Of a stretch of 64,000 nt of DNA, positions 26,476 to 38,850 are shown in pieces. Position 1 is the first letter of the stretch, and each line of letters starts with the position of its first letter. Source of the DNA: Pristiophorus japonicus (taxonomy: Eukaryota). Location of the stretch: contig NC_091998.1 of the NCBI RefSeq assembly GCF_044704955.1, positions 50,344,001-50,408,000 on the forward strand. Direction: 5' to 3'. The notes below the pieces were generated by a model, which was not told where the DNA came from, made no database searches, and saw only the letters and a program-made list of their open reading frames with translations. The position numbers were made by a program, and so were the translations under genes.

Positions 26476-27361
26476 AAGCCGCTGAGAAAGCGAGAGGCCT
26501 TTGGAGGTAAAGGTTAGTGAATCGTATGTTATTGGTTGGGGTATAAGGTGGGTATGAAACCACATGGCTACTGGTAGCTTTTCTGACCAGTTTGCATCTG
26601 AGCAAATCACATACGTTATTTGAGCCAGTCAGAAAAGTGCGACAGATTTTATTTTATGCTGCAGACACATTTGAAACAAAACACACTCTAGATGCAAGTC
26701 TTCCAATCCTATAGGCAGAGCAGATTTTAGAAATTAACTTCCGTCCCAAACAAATTGCGCGTTTAGTTTTCGCCTTCAAACAGTTCCTTCCTTTCAACCA
26801 AAGTCTACTTTCAAAATGTGAAAATTCTCGCTCTTTGGGTTTCAGCACATATTTCTCCAGCCTTAGCTAATCTCTTGCACTAAGCATCGGCAACTTAAGA
26901 TCCGTGTTTAACTGCCTGGCGATTCAAAGAATGAGAAAATACCTTTGTTGACCTTGTTGCTTTGAAAAAACAGCCAAACCCTCTTTCATGTGATTACAGG
27001 CAATCTGATGTGTTTCGGCAGTCACACAGTGGAGGGAACAGAAAAGAGCCTTTATGACTCTCGTTTCTCATCCGAGTTAATCTCCGACCAGACGAAGGTC
27101 ATTTCGGCAGCCTCGGTCCTTCATCTGTGGTTTGTGACCGAGTCAGCAAAGCCCGAGGAGCTTAGGAAAAGTGGAGCACTGTCCCTGGCCTTGGCAGCTT
27201 CAATCGCGCTGGCACGTCTCCTTGTGGATCGGGTTTCACTCAGAATATTTGGAAGATGTTCCTTTGCTTGTCCTTGCTCTCTTCTGTCTTCATTACCATC
27301 CCAGCAGACCGAACCAGAAATTTGATGCACCAAATATGTCGCGGCAGCAGCTAAAAGCTTT

Positions 27362-27800
27362 GGGGGGGGGTGCTGAAATTGCCCACCACTGGATACGGCG
27401 CACCTATCCCCGTTTCTCTCATTTTTACCGGCGCGATGGATGCGGTGGCTACTTGAGCGAAATTCCGCTTTTTGGATTTTGTTTTCCCCGGCCATAATGG
27501 GGGCGGAACGCGGTGGTGAGCGGAAGTTTGCACACTACAGGGGCGGAGGTTGGGGGCGGGGTGTCCGCCGCTGTCACTCATCAGCGTAACGCTGATGACA
27601 TCATCACGGCGCCGCATCACCACGGCTCTCCCCCTTCACTTAAAGGGGTGAGTCTGCGCGATTCACCAGTCCACCAGCGAGGGTGTCGGCCGGGCCAAAG
27701 AGGGGGTGCCACGCTGCCTGTTGGCGGCCCGGCCGAACCTGGGGGATGTAATTGTCGGGCCAACATGACAGTCGGCCGACAAAATAAAAAACAATGATGA
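27362..27800. mobile_element. GC-rich MITE-like element, partial (family of 2182-3020)
   Basis: Starts GGGG..TGCTGAAATTGC; internal homology to 2743-2860 (inverted); truncated at the CR1. Confidence 0.6.
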
Positions 27801-27807
27801 GGGGTCT

Positions 27808-28685
27808 GGACCACCTGAATGGTGACAGATTAGGAAAAGGGGAGGTGCAATAGGACCTGGGTGTCATGGTACATTAGTCATTGAAAGTTGGCATGCAGGT
27901 ACAGCAGGCGGTGAAGAAGGCAAATGGCATGTTGGCCTTCATAGCTAGGAGATTTGAGTATAGGAGCAGGGAGGTCTTACTGCAGTTGTACAGAGCCTTG
28001 GTGAGGCCACACCTGGAATATTGTGTTCAGGTTTGGTCTCCTACTCTGAGGAAGGACGTTCTTGCCTTTGAGGGAGTACAGCGAAGGTTCACCAGATTGA
28101 TTCCCGGGATGGCAGGACTGACATATGAGGAGAGACTGGATCAACTGGGCTTGTATCCACTGGTGTTTAGAAGAATGAGAGGGGATCTCATAGAAACATA
28201 TAAAATTCTGACGAGATTGGACAGGTTAGATGCAAGAAGAATGTTCCCGTTGCTGGGGAGTTCCAGAACCAGGGGTCACAGTCTAAGAATAAGGGGTAAG
28301 CCATTTAGGACCGAGATGAGGAGAAACTTCTTCACTTAGAGAGTGGTTAACCTGTGGAATTCTCAACCGCAGAAAGTTGTTGAGACCAGTTCGTTAGATA
28401 TATTCAAAAGGGAGTTAGATATGGCCCTTACGGCCAAAGGGATCAAGGGGTATGGAAAGAAAGCAGGAAAGGGGTACTGAGGTTGAATGATCAGCCATGA
28501 TCTTATTAGAAACATAGAAACATAGAAAATAGGTGCAGGAGTAGGCCATTCGGCCCTTCTAGCCTGCACCGCCATTCAATGAGTTCATGGCTGAACATGC
28601 AACTTCAGTACCCCAATGGCGGTGAAGGCTCGAGGGGCTGAATGGCTTGCTCCTGCACCTAATTTTTATGTTTCTATGTTTCTAA
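27808..28685 (+). mobile_element. Young CR1 3' fragment with an antisense CR1 tail inserted at ~28507-28614
   Basis: ORF 27881..28339; the tail GATCTTATT|...|AATGGCGG is split by AGAAACATAGAAA...CAGTACCCC. Confidence 0.9.
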
Positions 28686-29793
28686 AACCTTTCCCCTTGC
28701 TCCCACCCAGTTGATGCACCCATGCATTATACCTATTGCATTCCCCATTCAGCACCGCTAAGGATTTGGAGCGGACATCGATTGGGTCCATGCTCTGGTT
28801 TACATCCCAACGGCAAACTTGGAGCCTGGGATCACTCTACCGACAGGAACTGAAAGTGAGATTGAAAGCTCTGGTGAATACCCTGTGGCATTATTCGCAA
28901 CAGGTCCGTGGATTTGCTGATTTAGAACAGAACCAACACATGCAGCAGAAAGTACTGCATAATATGCAGATCCCCTCATTGACCGGGATCAGTTTTAAGC
29001 CTGTGGGTCACAAATTGAAGGTTGTAAAGGGGAAGCAGGGTGTATATTCTACCGGCATTGCACGGGATATTTCTACATAAGTACTTCATTGGCTGCAAAG
29101 CACTTTGAGACGTCCGGTGGCTGTGCACGGCGCTATATAAATCCAAGTCTTTCTTTCTTACATCTGCCCACTGAATGAAAAGGATTCAATAGTGTGGCAT
29201 TTCTGTTTTAGCCCGACCTACATTCCTGATGTCTTAGCTCAGTCCCTCTCAGGGGACTCATGCTCACAATTAATTTGAGAAGGAAACATAGTTAACTTTG
29301 TGTCAAAGGGAATTGGCAAGCAAGAGAAAACCTGGGGACAATGTCAGAAGGAATGCGAGGAACTCGATGGCCTTTACATTTGAGCCGTGTTCCTCAACAG
29401 ACTAATCCTCTGCACCAAGAACACGGCCAGTTGATATTTCCCGAGAAGCTTTCATTGTTCGTGAAGTCGGAGCACAGTTATTGTTGAATTCAGGTGCACT
29501 AATCCTGTGACAGAGAATCGCACAGCCAGGCGGGGAGACAGTCTAGAGTAGCAACATCATCGGAGGCTTGGGGAGAGTAGGGTTTTTGCAGAGTGACAGG
29601 TTCTTGTTAATTAATAAGTAGCCTTGTGATAATTGTTAAAAATGAACCTGATTTGGACAGCCTCAAGGCTCCCGGTACTCTACAATGGAAACACCACTCC
29701 AAAGCCATCAAGAAAGCTATTGGTTATGATGGCATGTTTCCAGATATTGTTGGTTATATTTCAGGATCAGTAAAGTTCACAAACGTGTGCTTG

Positions 29794-30440
29794 GGGGGAG
29801 AAATTTGTCAGAATTGGGCGGGCGAGGAGCTGACAGGGGCGATAAATCAGCCATTGCACACGAAAGCTTGACGGGGTGGGTGGGGGGGCATAAAGAAAGT
29901 TTGGTCGGTACATTTTGCGGACCCATTGCCCATGCGCAGAACTCCGAATCAGATCCCGGGAAAAGCCGAGTCTTAAAGGCACGGCATAGTAATGCACCCA
30001 TTAAAGTTTTCACAGCCACTTGTTTTCCCCCTGTACTGTTCTGACTGGCTGCCGCTGCAAACTGGGAGGCTCCCGCACCGTGCTGTGTGTAAACCTTGCA
30101 CTGACTGTGACCTGCGAGGGAAACGCTTCCTCATCCCTTTAAGTAGCCGCCAGTTAACGACTCTGCAATCCCGGACCGACTGGTTTCCCAGACGTTGTTC
30201 TTGGCGGGCGCTCAATGAGGCGGCCGCACTGAATTTACCGACCGGGGCGCCTCATTGAGCATTGCACCAGGAATACGTCAGGATTGGAGCGATCGTCAGT
30301 AGCCGGGCGCTACTGGTTTGCTCTAACGAATTTTCCGTTGGGGCACTAAAAACTGTATGTCCAGTCACTAAGCTCTAACGCTCGCCTTAACGCCCCCTCT
30401 GGCCGCTAACTGAGGCGTTAGAGAACCAGAAATCCAGCCC
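29794..30440. mobile_element. GC-rich putative TIR-type element
   Basis: Weak TIRs GGGGGAGAAATTT / AGAAATCCAGCCC; TTG on both flanks; CpG-rich body like the other elements. Confidence 0.4.
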
Positions 30441-30462
30441 TTGATGTTTCTCTGTTGTTTTT

Positions 30463-30786
30463 CATCATCATAGGCGGTCCCTCGAAGCGAGGATGACTTG
30501 CTTCCAGGCCAAAAAGGGATGAGTTCACAGGTGTTTCAATGAAGGACCTAATATTCCAGGTCCCGAACTACATCCTGAAGGGTGGAAGATGCCTGTGCGT
30601 GGATTTTTTTAATGTGGGGCAGCTGTTGCACCCCAGCCACCACACGGGCTTGACAGAGCGAGGTCTTGGTCCAGTGGCAAGGATTACCCAAGACTAACTG
30701 TGTGCTGCACAGACCGAGTGCGCACACATATCGCAGTGTGGGCTGGCCCGTGCTGCCCCTGGGCCCTCTTCTCTTCTGGGCCCCAT
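30463..30786 (-). mobile_element. Non-autonomous RTE-tailed element (second copy)
   Basis: (CAT)n AGGCGGTCCCTCGAAGCGAGGATGACTTGCTTCC tail; collinear with 9266-10090. Confidence 0.65.
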
Positions 30787-30819
30787 ATTGTTTTTAAGTA
30801 GGATTAATTCACCCACCCA

Positions 30820-31220
30820 CCACCTTAAATATTCACTCCCTCCCTCCACCACCGGCACACCATGGCTGCAGTGTGTACCATCTACAAGATGCACTGCAGC
30901 AACTCGCCAAGGCTTCTTCAACAGCACCTCCTGAACCCACGACCTCTACCACCAAGAAGGACAAGGGCAGCAGGCACATGGGAACACCACCACCTCCACG
31001 TTCCCCTCCAAGTCACACACCATCCTGACTTGGAAATATATCGGCCGTTCCTTCATCGTCGCTGGGTCAGAATCCTGGAACTCCCTCCCTAACAGCACTG
31101 TGGGAGCACCTTCACCACACGGACTGCAGCGGTTCAAGGCGGCGGCTCACCACCACCTTCTCGAGGGCAATAAATGCTGGCCTTGCCAGTGCTGCCCACA
31201 TCCTATGAACAAATATAAAA
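30820..31220 (+). mobile_element. CR1-group LINE (second family) 3' end
   Basis: SLHHRHTMAAVCTIYKMH... and SWNSLPNSTVG..; tail as at 8095-8350. Confidence 0.7.
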
Positions 31221-31771
31221 GAAAATAATCCATTTATTTTGATTGCCTGCCTTAAAAAGCAGTAAACGCGCTTGCACGGAACTTAACCAATTGGGAAATA
31301 TATTCTGCTAACTGCCTGTTAATCCATCCTAGATCTTGCTGCCCAAAAGAAGCAGGATCACCAAGTCAATCTGTTCTTAATCAATTTCTTGAAACCTTTG
31401 TAGAAACTCTCACTGGCAATTCAAGTAACCTGCAAAATTGAGTATCATAAAACGTTAATTTTAACTGGATAATGGATTGATAACATAGGAAGCGGAGTAG
31501 TCCACTCCAAACTTGAGTCTGTTCCTCCATTCAATTAGATCATGGGTGATCTATACCTCAACTCTGTGTACCCGTCTTTGTTCCATATCCCTTGATAACC
31601 TAATCTAACAAAAACCTAGCGATCTCAGTCTCGAAAATTTAAATTGGCCACCATCTACCGCCTTTTGGGAGCAAGTTCCTAATATGCACGACTCTTAACA
31701 TGAGAAAGTGCTTCCTGATTTTAACGCTGCATTCAGCGATGTAGTGCACGGACCTGTGATTGTGCTCACAC

Positions 31772-33971
31772 TTTCAATATTTGAAGGGGCTGCTCCTCAA
31801 ATTCTGGTTGCACTTCAGTCCCACGCTCCTGATCTTTGGGCACCCTGTGCGGAGGGGAGCAGGCAGGTTGGTCCTGCTCCTGGGCCTGGCCAAGGGGCCC
31901 ATCAGCCAGTCCAGACAGCGGGTGGTCGAGGGGGTCGTTCAGCCCGACTGCCTGTCTCTCCTCCATGGTTACATCCGAGCCAGGGTGCCCCTGGAGATGG
32001 AGCACAGAAACATAGAAACATAGAAAATAAGTGCAGGAGTAGGCCATTTGGCCCTTCGAGCCTGCACCACCATTCAATAAGATCATGGCTGATCATTCCC
32101 TCAGTACCCCTTTCCTGCTTTCTCTCCATACCCCTTGATCCCTTGAGCCGTAAGGGCCATATCCAACTCTCTCTTGAATAAATCCAATGAACTGGCATCA
32201 ACAACTCTCTGTGGCAGGGAATTCCACAGGTTAACAATTCTCTGAGTGAAGAAGTTTCTCTTCATCTCAGTCCTAAATGGCCTACCCCTTATCCTAAGAC
32301 TGTGTCCCCTGGTTCTGGACTTTCCCAACATCAGGAACATTCTTCCCGCATCTAATCTGTCCAGTCCCGATAGAATCTTATTAGTTTCTATGAGATCCCC
32401 TCTCATCCTTCTAAACTCCAGTGTATAAAGGCGCAGTTGATCCAGTTTCTCCTCATATGTTAGTCCAGTCATCCCTGGAATCGGTCTGGTGAACCTTCGC
32501 TGCATTCCCTCAATAGCAAGAATGTCCTTCCTCAGATTAGGAGACCAAAACTGAACACAATATTCCAGGTGAGGTCTCACCAAGGCCCTGTACAACTGCA
32601 GTAAGACCTCCCTGCTCCTATACTCAAATCCCCTAGCTATGAAGGACAACATATCATTTGCCTTCTTCACCGCCTGCTGTACCTGCATGCCAACTTTCAA
32701 TGACTGATGAACCATGACACCCAGGTTTCATTGCATCTCCCCTTTTACTCATCTGCAGCCATTCCGATAATATTCTGCCTTCGTGTTTTTGCCCCCGAAG
32801 TGGATAACCTCACATTTATCCACATTATACTGCATCTGCCATGCATTTGCCCACTCACCTAACCTGTCCAACCTCTTAGCGTACCCCTCACAGCTCACAT
32901 CACCACCCAGTTTAGTGTCATCTGCAAACTTGGAGATATTACACTCAATTCCTTCATCTAAATCATTAATGTATATTGTAAAGAGCTGGGGTCCCAGCAC
33001 TGAGCCCTGCAGCATTCCACTAGTCACTGCCTGCCATTCTGAAAAGGACCCGTTTATCCCGACTCTCTGCTTCCTGTCTGCCAACCAGTTCTCTATCCAC
33101 GTCAGTACAATACCATGTGCTTTGATTTTGCACACCAATCTCTTGTGTGGGATCTTATCAAAAGCCTTTTGAAAGTCCAAATACACCACATCCACTGGTT
33201 CTCCCTTGTCCACTCTGCTCGTTACATCCGCAAAAAATTCCAGAAGATTTGTTAAGCATGATTTCCATTTCATAAATCCATGCTGACTTGGACCGATCCT
33301 GTCACTGCTTTCCAAATGCGTTGCTATTTCATCCTTAATGATTGATTCCAACATTTTCCCCACTACTGAAGTCAGGCTAACCGGTCTATAATTACCCGTT
33401 TTCTCTCTCCCTCCTTTTTTAAAAAGTGGTATTACATTAGCTACCCTCCAGTCCATGGGAACTGATCCAGAGTCGATAGACAGTTGGAAAATGATCACTA
33501 ATGCATCCACTATTTCTAGGGCCACTTCCTTCAGTACTCTGGGATGCAGACTATCAGGCCCCGGGGATTTATCGGCCTTCAATCCCATCAATTTCCCTCA
33601 CATAATTTCCCGTCTAATAAGGATATCCTTCAGTTCCTCCTTCTCACTCGACCCTCGGTCCCCTAGTACATCCGGAAGGTTATTTGTGTCTTCCTTCGTG
33701 AAGACAGAACCAAAGTATTTGTTCAATTGGTCTGCCATTTCTTTGTTCCCCATTATAAATTCACTAATCTTTTTCTTTTCCTGTATCTATCGAAGCTTTT
33801 GCACGCGGGCGCCGGAGGGACTGGAGTGCATCATCAGCCCCGACAACCAAATTTTAATTTGATTTTAATGTCTAAATGTTAATTTGTTTAATTTGCCGGT
33901 TTTAATGCCCCCCCCCCCCCCCCCCCTTTTAGCCAGGGGGCACTTGATTATTTGTTATACAACAAAATAGT
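31772..33971 (+). mobile_element. Tx1-clade LINE 3' fragment (31772-32004 and ~33804-33971) split by CR1
   Basis: FQYLKGLLLKFWLHFSPTLLIFGHP...LLGLAKG..DCLSLLHGYIRARVPLEMEH; resumes RAPEGLECIISPDNQILI*; ends AAAATAGT. Confidence 0.75.
32005..33765 (-). mobile_element. Young CR1, ~1.76 kb ORF2 with full RT domain
   Basis: ORF 32749..33591(-): KSPGPD..HPRVLKE, GNYRPVSLTS, QHGF, YLDFQKAFD, QGSVLGP, FADD. Confidence 0.95.
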
Positions 33972-33980
33972 TGTAGAGCT

Positions 33981-34349
33981 TGATTCCAAAGGGGCCCATC
34001 AGCCGGTCCAGGCAGCGGGCGGTCGAGGGGGTCGTTCAGCCCGACTGCCTGCCTCTCTTCCATGGTTACATCCGAGCCAGAGTGTCCCTGGAGATGGAGC
34101 ACGCGGTGTCCACCGGTATGCTTGCGGCCTTCCGCGAGAGGTGGGCGCCAGAGGGACTGGAGTGCATCATCACCCCCGGTAACCATATTTTGATTTGATC
34201 TGTTAGTGTCTAAAGTTTAATTTGTCTATGTTTTTCGGTTTTAGTACCCCCTCCCCCTTTTAGCCAGAGGGCACTTGTATTAAAGTTTGCCATCTAATTT
34301 ACCCCTGTAATAAGGGGGCATTTGATTTGTGGATGCAACTAAAAATAGT
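33981..34349 (+). mobile_element. Tx1-clade LINE 3' fragment (second serial insertion)
   Basis: KGPISRSRQRAVEGVVQPDCLPLFHGYIRARVSLEMEH...AFRERWAPEGLEC; bounded by TGTAGAGCT repeats. Confidence 0.75.
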
Positions 34350-35414
34350 TGTAGAGCTTGATTATCGTTCTGCGTAAAATAGTTGTGGAGCTGTTGAGTT
34401 GGGAGTGGCTTAGCCGGTCACGTGATGTTCACAAGACTCAATAAAACCCCAGCCAGTTGGGTCTAGGTCATCACAATGATGTATGCAGTAGTGAGCCTAG
34501 TGGATGAACTGGTAATGTGTAGTGTGATTGTTAAACCTTTGTTAATAAACAACTAATTCTTAATAGCAATGTGTTGCTATGAATTCTTGAGCAAAGCACC
34601 CATGTAGCAAATACATTACAAGCGATATCACTATAAGACTTTATGATATCAATATATAGCACAATTATTTATTTCTTAGCATGGTCCAAAGAAGTGAGCC
34701 AATAAAGTTAACACAAACTGGGGACATTCGGTACAATTATTCAGATTTTAATGATTAATAAATTGATCTGGATATATACTTGAAAAGGAAAGATTTGCAG
34801 GCCTACACGGAAAGGACTGGGACTAATTGGACAGCTCTTCCAAAGAGTTGGCACAGTCACGATGGGCTGAATGGCCTCCTCCCACACTGCATCAATCTAT
34901 GAAGTGTCCATCGCTCTGGACCGACTGCTTCTTGTAAGTTTGTAATCTTCACTGTGATGGTGAAGCCTGCACTGATATTGCAATGGTGAGGCTACTCAAA
35001 TTTTAACCTAATTTAACTTTATTTTCCCCAAATATTCAACCAAAGAGCATTTTTCTTAATTGCAACAATTGTCTTCGGCCCCTGCCAGAAACTCCGTTCC
35101 ATAGCCATTTATTCCACCCCCTCCCTGACCACTGGCTCAGGCTGAAGAGACTGCTCGCAACCTTTCCCACATTGCAACAGTGACCACACTCCAAAAAGTA
35201 CGTCATTGGCTGTAAAGCGCTTTGAGACGTCCGATGGTCATGAAAGGCGCTACATAAATGTAAGTCAGTCTTTCTTTCTTTTTTGTAAAGTGCCTGTGTA
35301 CGTTTTACTACATTAAAGACGCTGTATAAATCCAGCTTGTTGCTGCCAAGAACTGGGCTCAAAAATAATTTTTAAACTAATTAAAAGCCAGTTTGGTGCT
35401 GATTGACATGATGT

Positions 35415-36006
35415 CATAGAATCATAGAAATTTACAGCACGGAAGGAGGCCATTTCGGCCCATCGTGTCCGCGCCGGCCGACAAAGAGTTATCCGGCCTA
35501 ATCCCACTTTCCAGCTCTCGGTCCGTAGCCCTGTAGGTTACGGCACTTCAAGTGCACATCCAAGTACTTTTTAAATGTGATGAGGGTTTCTGCCTCTACC
35601 ACCCTTTCAGGTAGTGAGTTCCTGATCCCCAAAACCCTCTGAGTGAAAACATTTCTCCTCAAATCCCCTCTAAACTCCCTACCAATTACTTTAAATCCAT
35701 GCCTGCTGGTTATTGACCCCTCTGCTAAGGGAAATAGGTCCTTCCTATCCACTCTATCTGGGCCCCTCAAAATGTTATACTCCTCAATTAGGTTTCCCCT
35801 CAGCCTATTCTGTTTCAAAGAAAACAAATCCAGCCTATCCAATCTATCCCCATAGCTAAAATTCTCCAGTCCAGGCAACGTCCTCGTAAATCTCCTCTGC
35901 ACCCTCTCTAGTGCAATCACATCTTTCCTGTAATGTGGAGACCAGAACTGCACGCAGTACTCCAGCTGTGGCCTACCTAATGTATGATACGGTTTAAGCA
36001 TAACCT
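35415..36006 (-). mobile_element. CR1 3' fragment
   Basis: ORF 35498..36031(-) [28 protein letters not shown]...GKWD*. Confidence 0.9.
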
Positions 36007-36384
36007 CACAAATCACAAATCTCCTACACATTTTTATGCATGAAGCGAGGACGGGATTTCCGACTCAGCAAGTAGCCATCGGGGGAAGGGATCACTTGGA
36101 CAAGTGAACACACCTGCAGCATGCTAAGGGTTAAAATATGTTCACTCAACACATACATGGTTAGTTTAGGAATATCTGTAAAATTAACCACGTCATGCAT
36201 TACACGTTTTGGGCACTTGGTTCATTCAATGAGAGGAATTTAGGCAACGGGAGCAGAGAGCAACTGCAGGGATAGAGCAGGAAAGTGAAATTGAGGTTGA
36301 AGATCAGCCATAATCTCATTGAATGGCAGAGCAGGCTCGAGGGCCAAATTATCTCCTCCTGCTCCTAATTCTTCTGTTCTTATA

Positions 36385-36776
36385 TTCTCATCCTTATTTT
36401 CAAATCCCTCCATATCGCCCCTCCCCATCTCTGTAATCTCCTCCAATCCCACAACCCCCCGAGATGTCTACGCTCCTCTAATTCTGCCCTCTTGAGCATC
36501 CCTGATTATAATCGCTCAACCATCGATGGCCGTGCCTTCTGTGGCCAAGGCCCCAAGCTCTGGAACTCCCTGCCTAAACCTCTCCGCCTCTCTAGCTCTC
36601 TTACCTCCTCTAAGGCGCTCCTTAAAAACCTACCTCTTTTACCAAGCTTCTGGTCACCTGCCCTAATTTCTACTTATGCGGCTGGGTATCAAATTTTTTG
36701 TCTTATACTTGTGCGAAGCGCCTTGGGAGATTTCACTGCATTAAAGGCGCTATATAAATACAAGTTGTTGTTGTTC
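36385..36776 (+). mobile_element. L2 LINE 3' fragment (preceded by a CR1 tail at ~36255-36380)
   Basis: ORF 36492..36851 N-part SIPDYNRSTIDGRAF..PKLWNSLP; (TTG)n tail. Confidence 0.85.
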
Positions 36777-37254
36777 ATCTCATTAGAGATAGCGAACAGA
36801 GGAAGGTTCACAAACACCTGTGAACCGCCTTGGGATGTTTTACTACGTTAAAGGCACTATAGAAATACAATTTGTTGTTGTAGTTCTGATCAACCCATCC
36901 CCTCAAACACCAACCACCTGGCTCCACCCCAAAGGTCTCCAAGATGTCAAAACAAAATCCTTTTGTCTTTATAAATTTTAACAAAGCGATGCAGTGGGGA
37001 CTCTTGTTGAAGCGTGGTGCTGTGAGCCGCGCAAACCGCTAATGGCAATCTTCTCCGGGAATAAAAATTTCAATTGCTGCAGCATCTCAAAAATTAAACC
37101 CTGTGACAGCTTGCGCCAGAACCATTATCTCCGACGGTAATTATGGGAGCTGTGACGAATTGTTCCAGTTAGCAGGGGCCCCCTGCATTTCTGATGATGA
37201 ACTGGAGGAATTTGTTTTTTTGAGGGGGGGATGGGAGGTCGTGAAGGGATAAAG

Positions 37255-37681
37255 TGAAAGATTTGCATCTAGATAGCACTTTTCACCACCAGCACACGTC
37301 TCAAAGTGCTTTCTTGCCAGTGAAGTACTTTTGAAGTGCAATCACTGTTGTACTGTGGGAAACAAAGCAGCCAATTTGCGCACAGCAAGCTCCCACAGAC
37401 AGCAATGTGATAATGACCAGATTATCTGTTTTAGTGATGTTGATTGAGGGATAAATATTGGCCCCAGGGCACCCGGGATAACTCCCCTGCTCTTCTTCGA
37501 AATAGTGCCACGGGATCTTTTACGTCCACCTGAGAGAGCAGACGGGGCCTCGGTTTAACATCTCTATCCAAAAGACAGCACCTCAATCTAGATTTTTGAA
37601 CTTAAGTCTCTGGTGTGGGACTTGAACCCACAACCTTCTCACTCAGAGGTGAATGTGCTGCCCACTGAGCCACAGCTGACG
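37255..37681 (-). mobile_element. Deu-domain SINE, near full length
   Basis: Head GGGACTTGAACCC...CCCACTGAGCCACAGCT at 37618-37677 plus body and tail. Confidence 0.85.
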
Positions 37682-38004
37682 CTGCAGAAGGTCCAGAAAG
37701 GGCCATGTGCTGTAGATGAGTTTCAAAATGATTTACTTAATTATCGAATTATACAGCGCAGAAGGAGGCCATTCGGCCCATCGTGTCAGTGCTGGCTCTG
37801 TGAAAGAGCAGATACAATTAGTCCCATTCCCCCCTGCTCCTCATAGCCCTACAATTATCTTTGCTTTTTTAAGCAGCGATCCAATCATATTGAATTTGCA
37901 CAGAATTTCTTATTAAATTCCTAAATACTGTTCACGGAGGCAGTAACCCTTCAAACAAAAAGGTCCTGGTCCTTTGAAGAGAGCCTGAAAAAAATATTTT
38001 CACA

Positions 38005-38850
38005 ACATAAGAACGTAAGAAATAGGAGCAGGAGTAGGCCATTCAGCCCCTGGAGCCAGCTCCGCCATTCAATAAGACCATAGCTGATCTTTAACCTCAA
38101 TGCCACTTTCCCGCCCAATCCCCATATCCCTTGATTCCCTTAAGATTCAAAAATCTAGCGATCTCTGTCTTGAATATACTCAAAGACTGAGCCGCCACAG
38201 CCCTCTGGGGTAGAGAATTCCAAAGATTCACCACCCTCTGAGTGAAGAAATCTCTCCTCATCTCAGTCCTAAATGGCCGACCCCTTATTCTGAGACTGTG
38301 ACCCCTGGTGACTCCCCAGCCCGGGGGAAACATCTTCCCTGCATCTACTCTGTCAAGCCCTGTAAGAATTCTGTATGTTTCAATGAGATCACCTCATTCT
38401 TCTAAACTCTGGAGAGTATCGGCCTAGTCTGCTCAATCTCTCCTCATTTAAAAAACCCCTATCCCAGAAATCAGTCTGGTGAACCTTCGTTGCACTCCAT
38501 CTGTTATGTATTTAACCCATAGCAATCTGTATCACATCACCACCAGAGGGCCTACCTGTTGGAGTCCCAAGGGATCCCAGCATCCCTTGGGAGCACTGTA
38601 GATAAGCAGGCCTCCCATGCTGTACCTGCACTCTGGGGTCTAATTAAAGGAGCTAAGGTCACACTTACTCATTGCATAAAGTACTCAGTTTCATCTTTTA
38701 TTATGAGCATAATACCCTCCGTGGCAAGTATATCCTTCCTTAGGTAAGGAGACCAAAACTGTGCACAATACTCCAGGTGCAGTCTTACCAGGGCCCTATA
38801 TAATTGCAGTAAGACATCTTTATTCTAATACTCAAATCCTCCTGTAATAA
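38005..38850 (-). mobile_element. CR1 3' fragment split by solo LTR C
   Basis: ORF 38097..38333(-); TGCACTCCATC | CCCTCCGTGGCAAGTATATCC rejoin across the LTR. Confidence 0.88.
38502..38714 (+). mobile_element. 213-bp solo LTR (family C, Gypsy-like size)
   Basis: TGTTATG...CATAATA inverted termini; 5-bp TSD CCATC/CCCTC; cleanly interrupts the CR1. Confidence 0.75.

Larger units (their letters stand above)
31740..34620 (+). mobile_element. Solo LTR family A copy 2, expanded by three serial Tx1 insertions and a CR1
   Basis: TGTAGTG...CATTACA with perfect 5-bp TSD AGCGA (31735-31739 / 34621-34625). Confidence 0.85.

Noticed and set aside
26990-27497. Host coding exon in 108-124 aa ORFs
   Set aside because: No recognisable protein similarity; the ORFs overlap on both strands and run into a GC-rich repeat.
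32101-33591. Autonomous or domesticated reverse transcriptase
   Set aside because: 5'-truncated CR1 without endonuclease/ORF1, and the ORF is broken; the same applies to 51055-53100.
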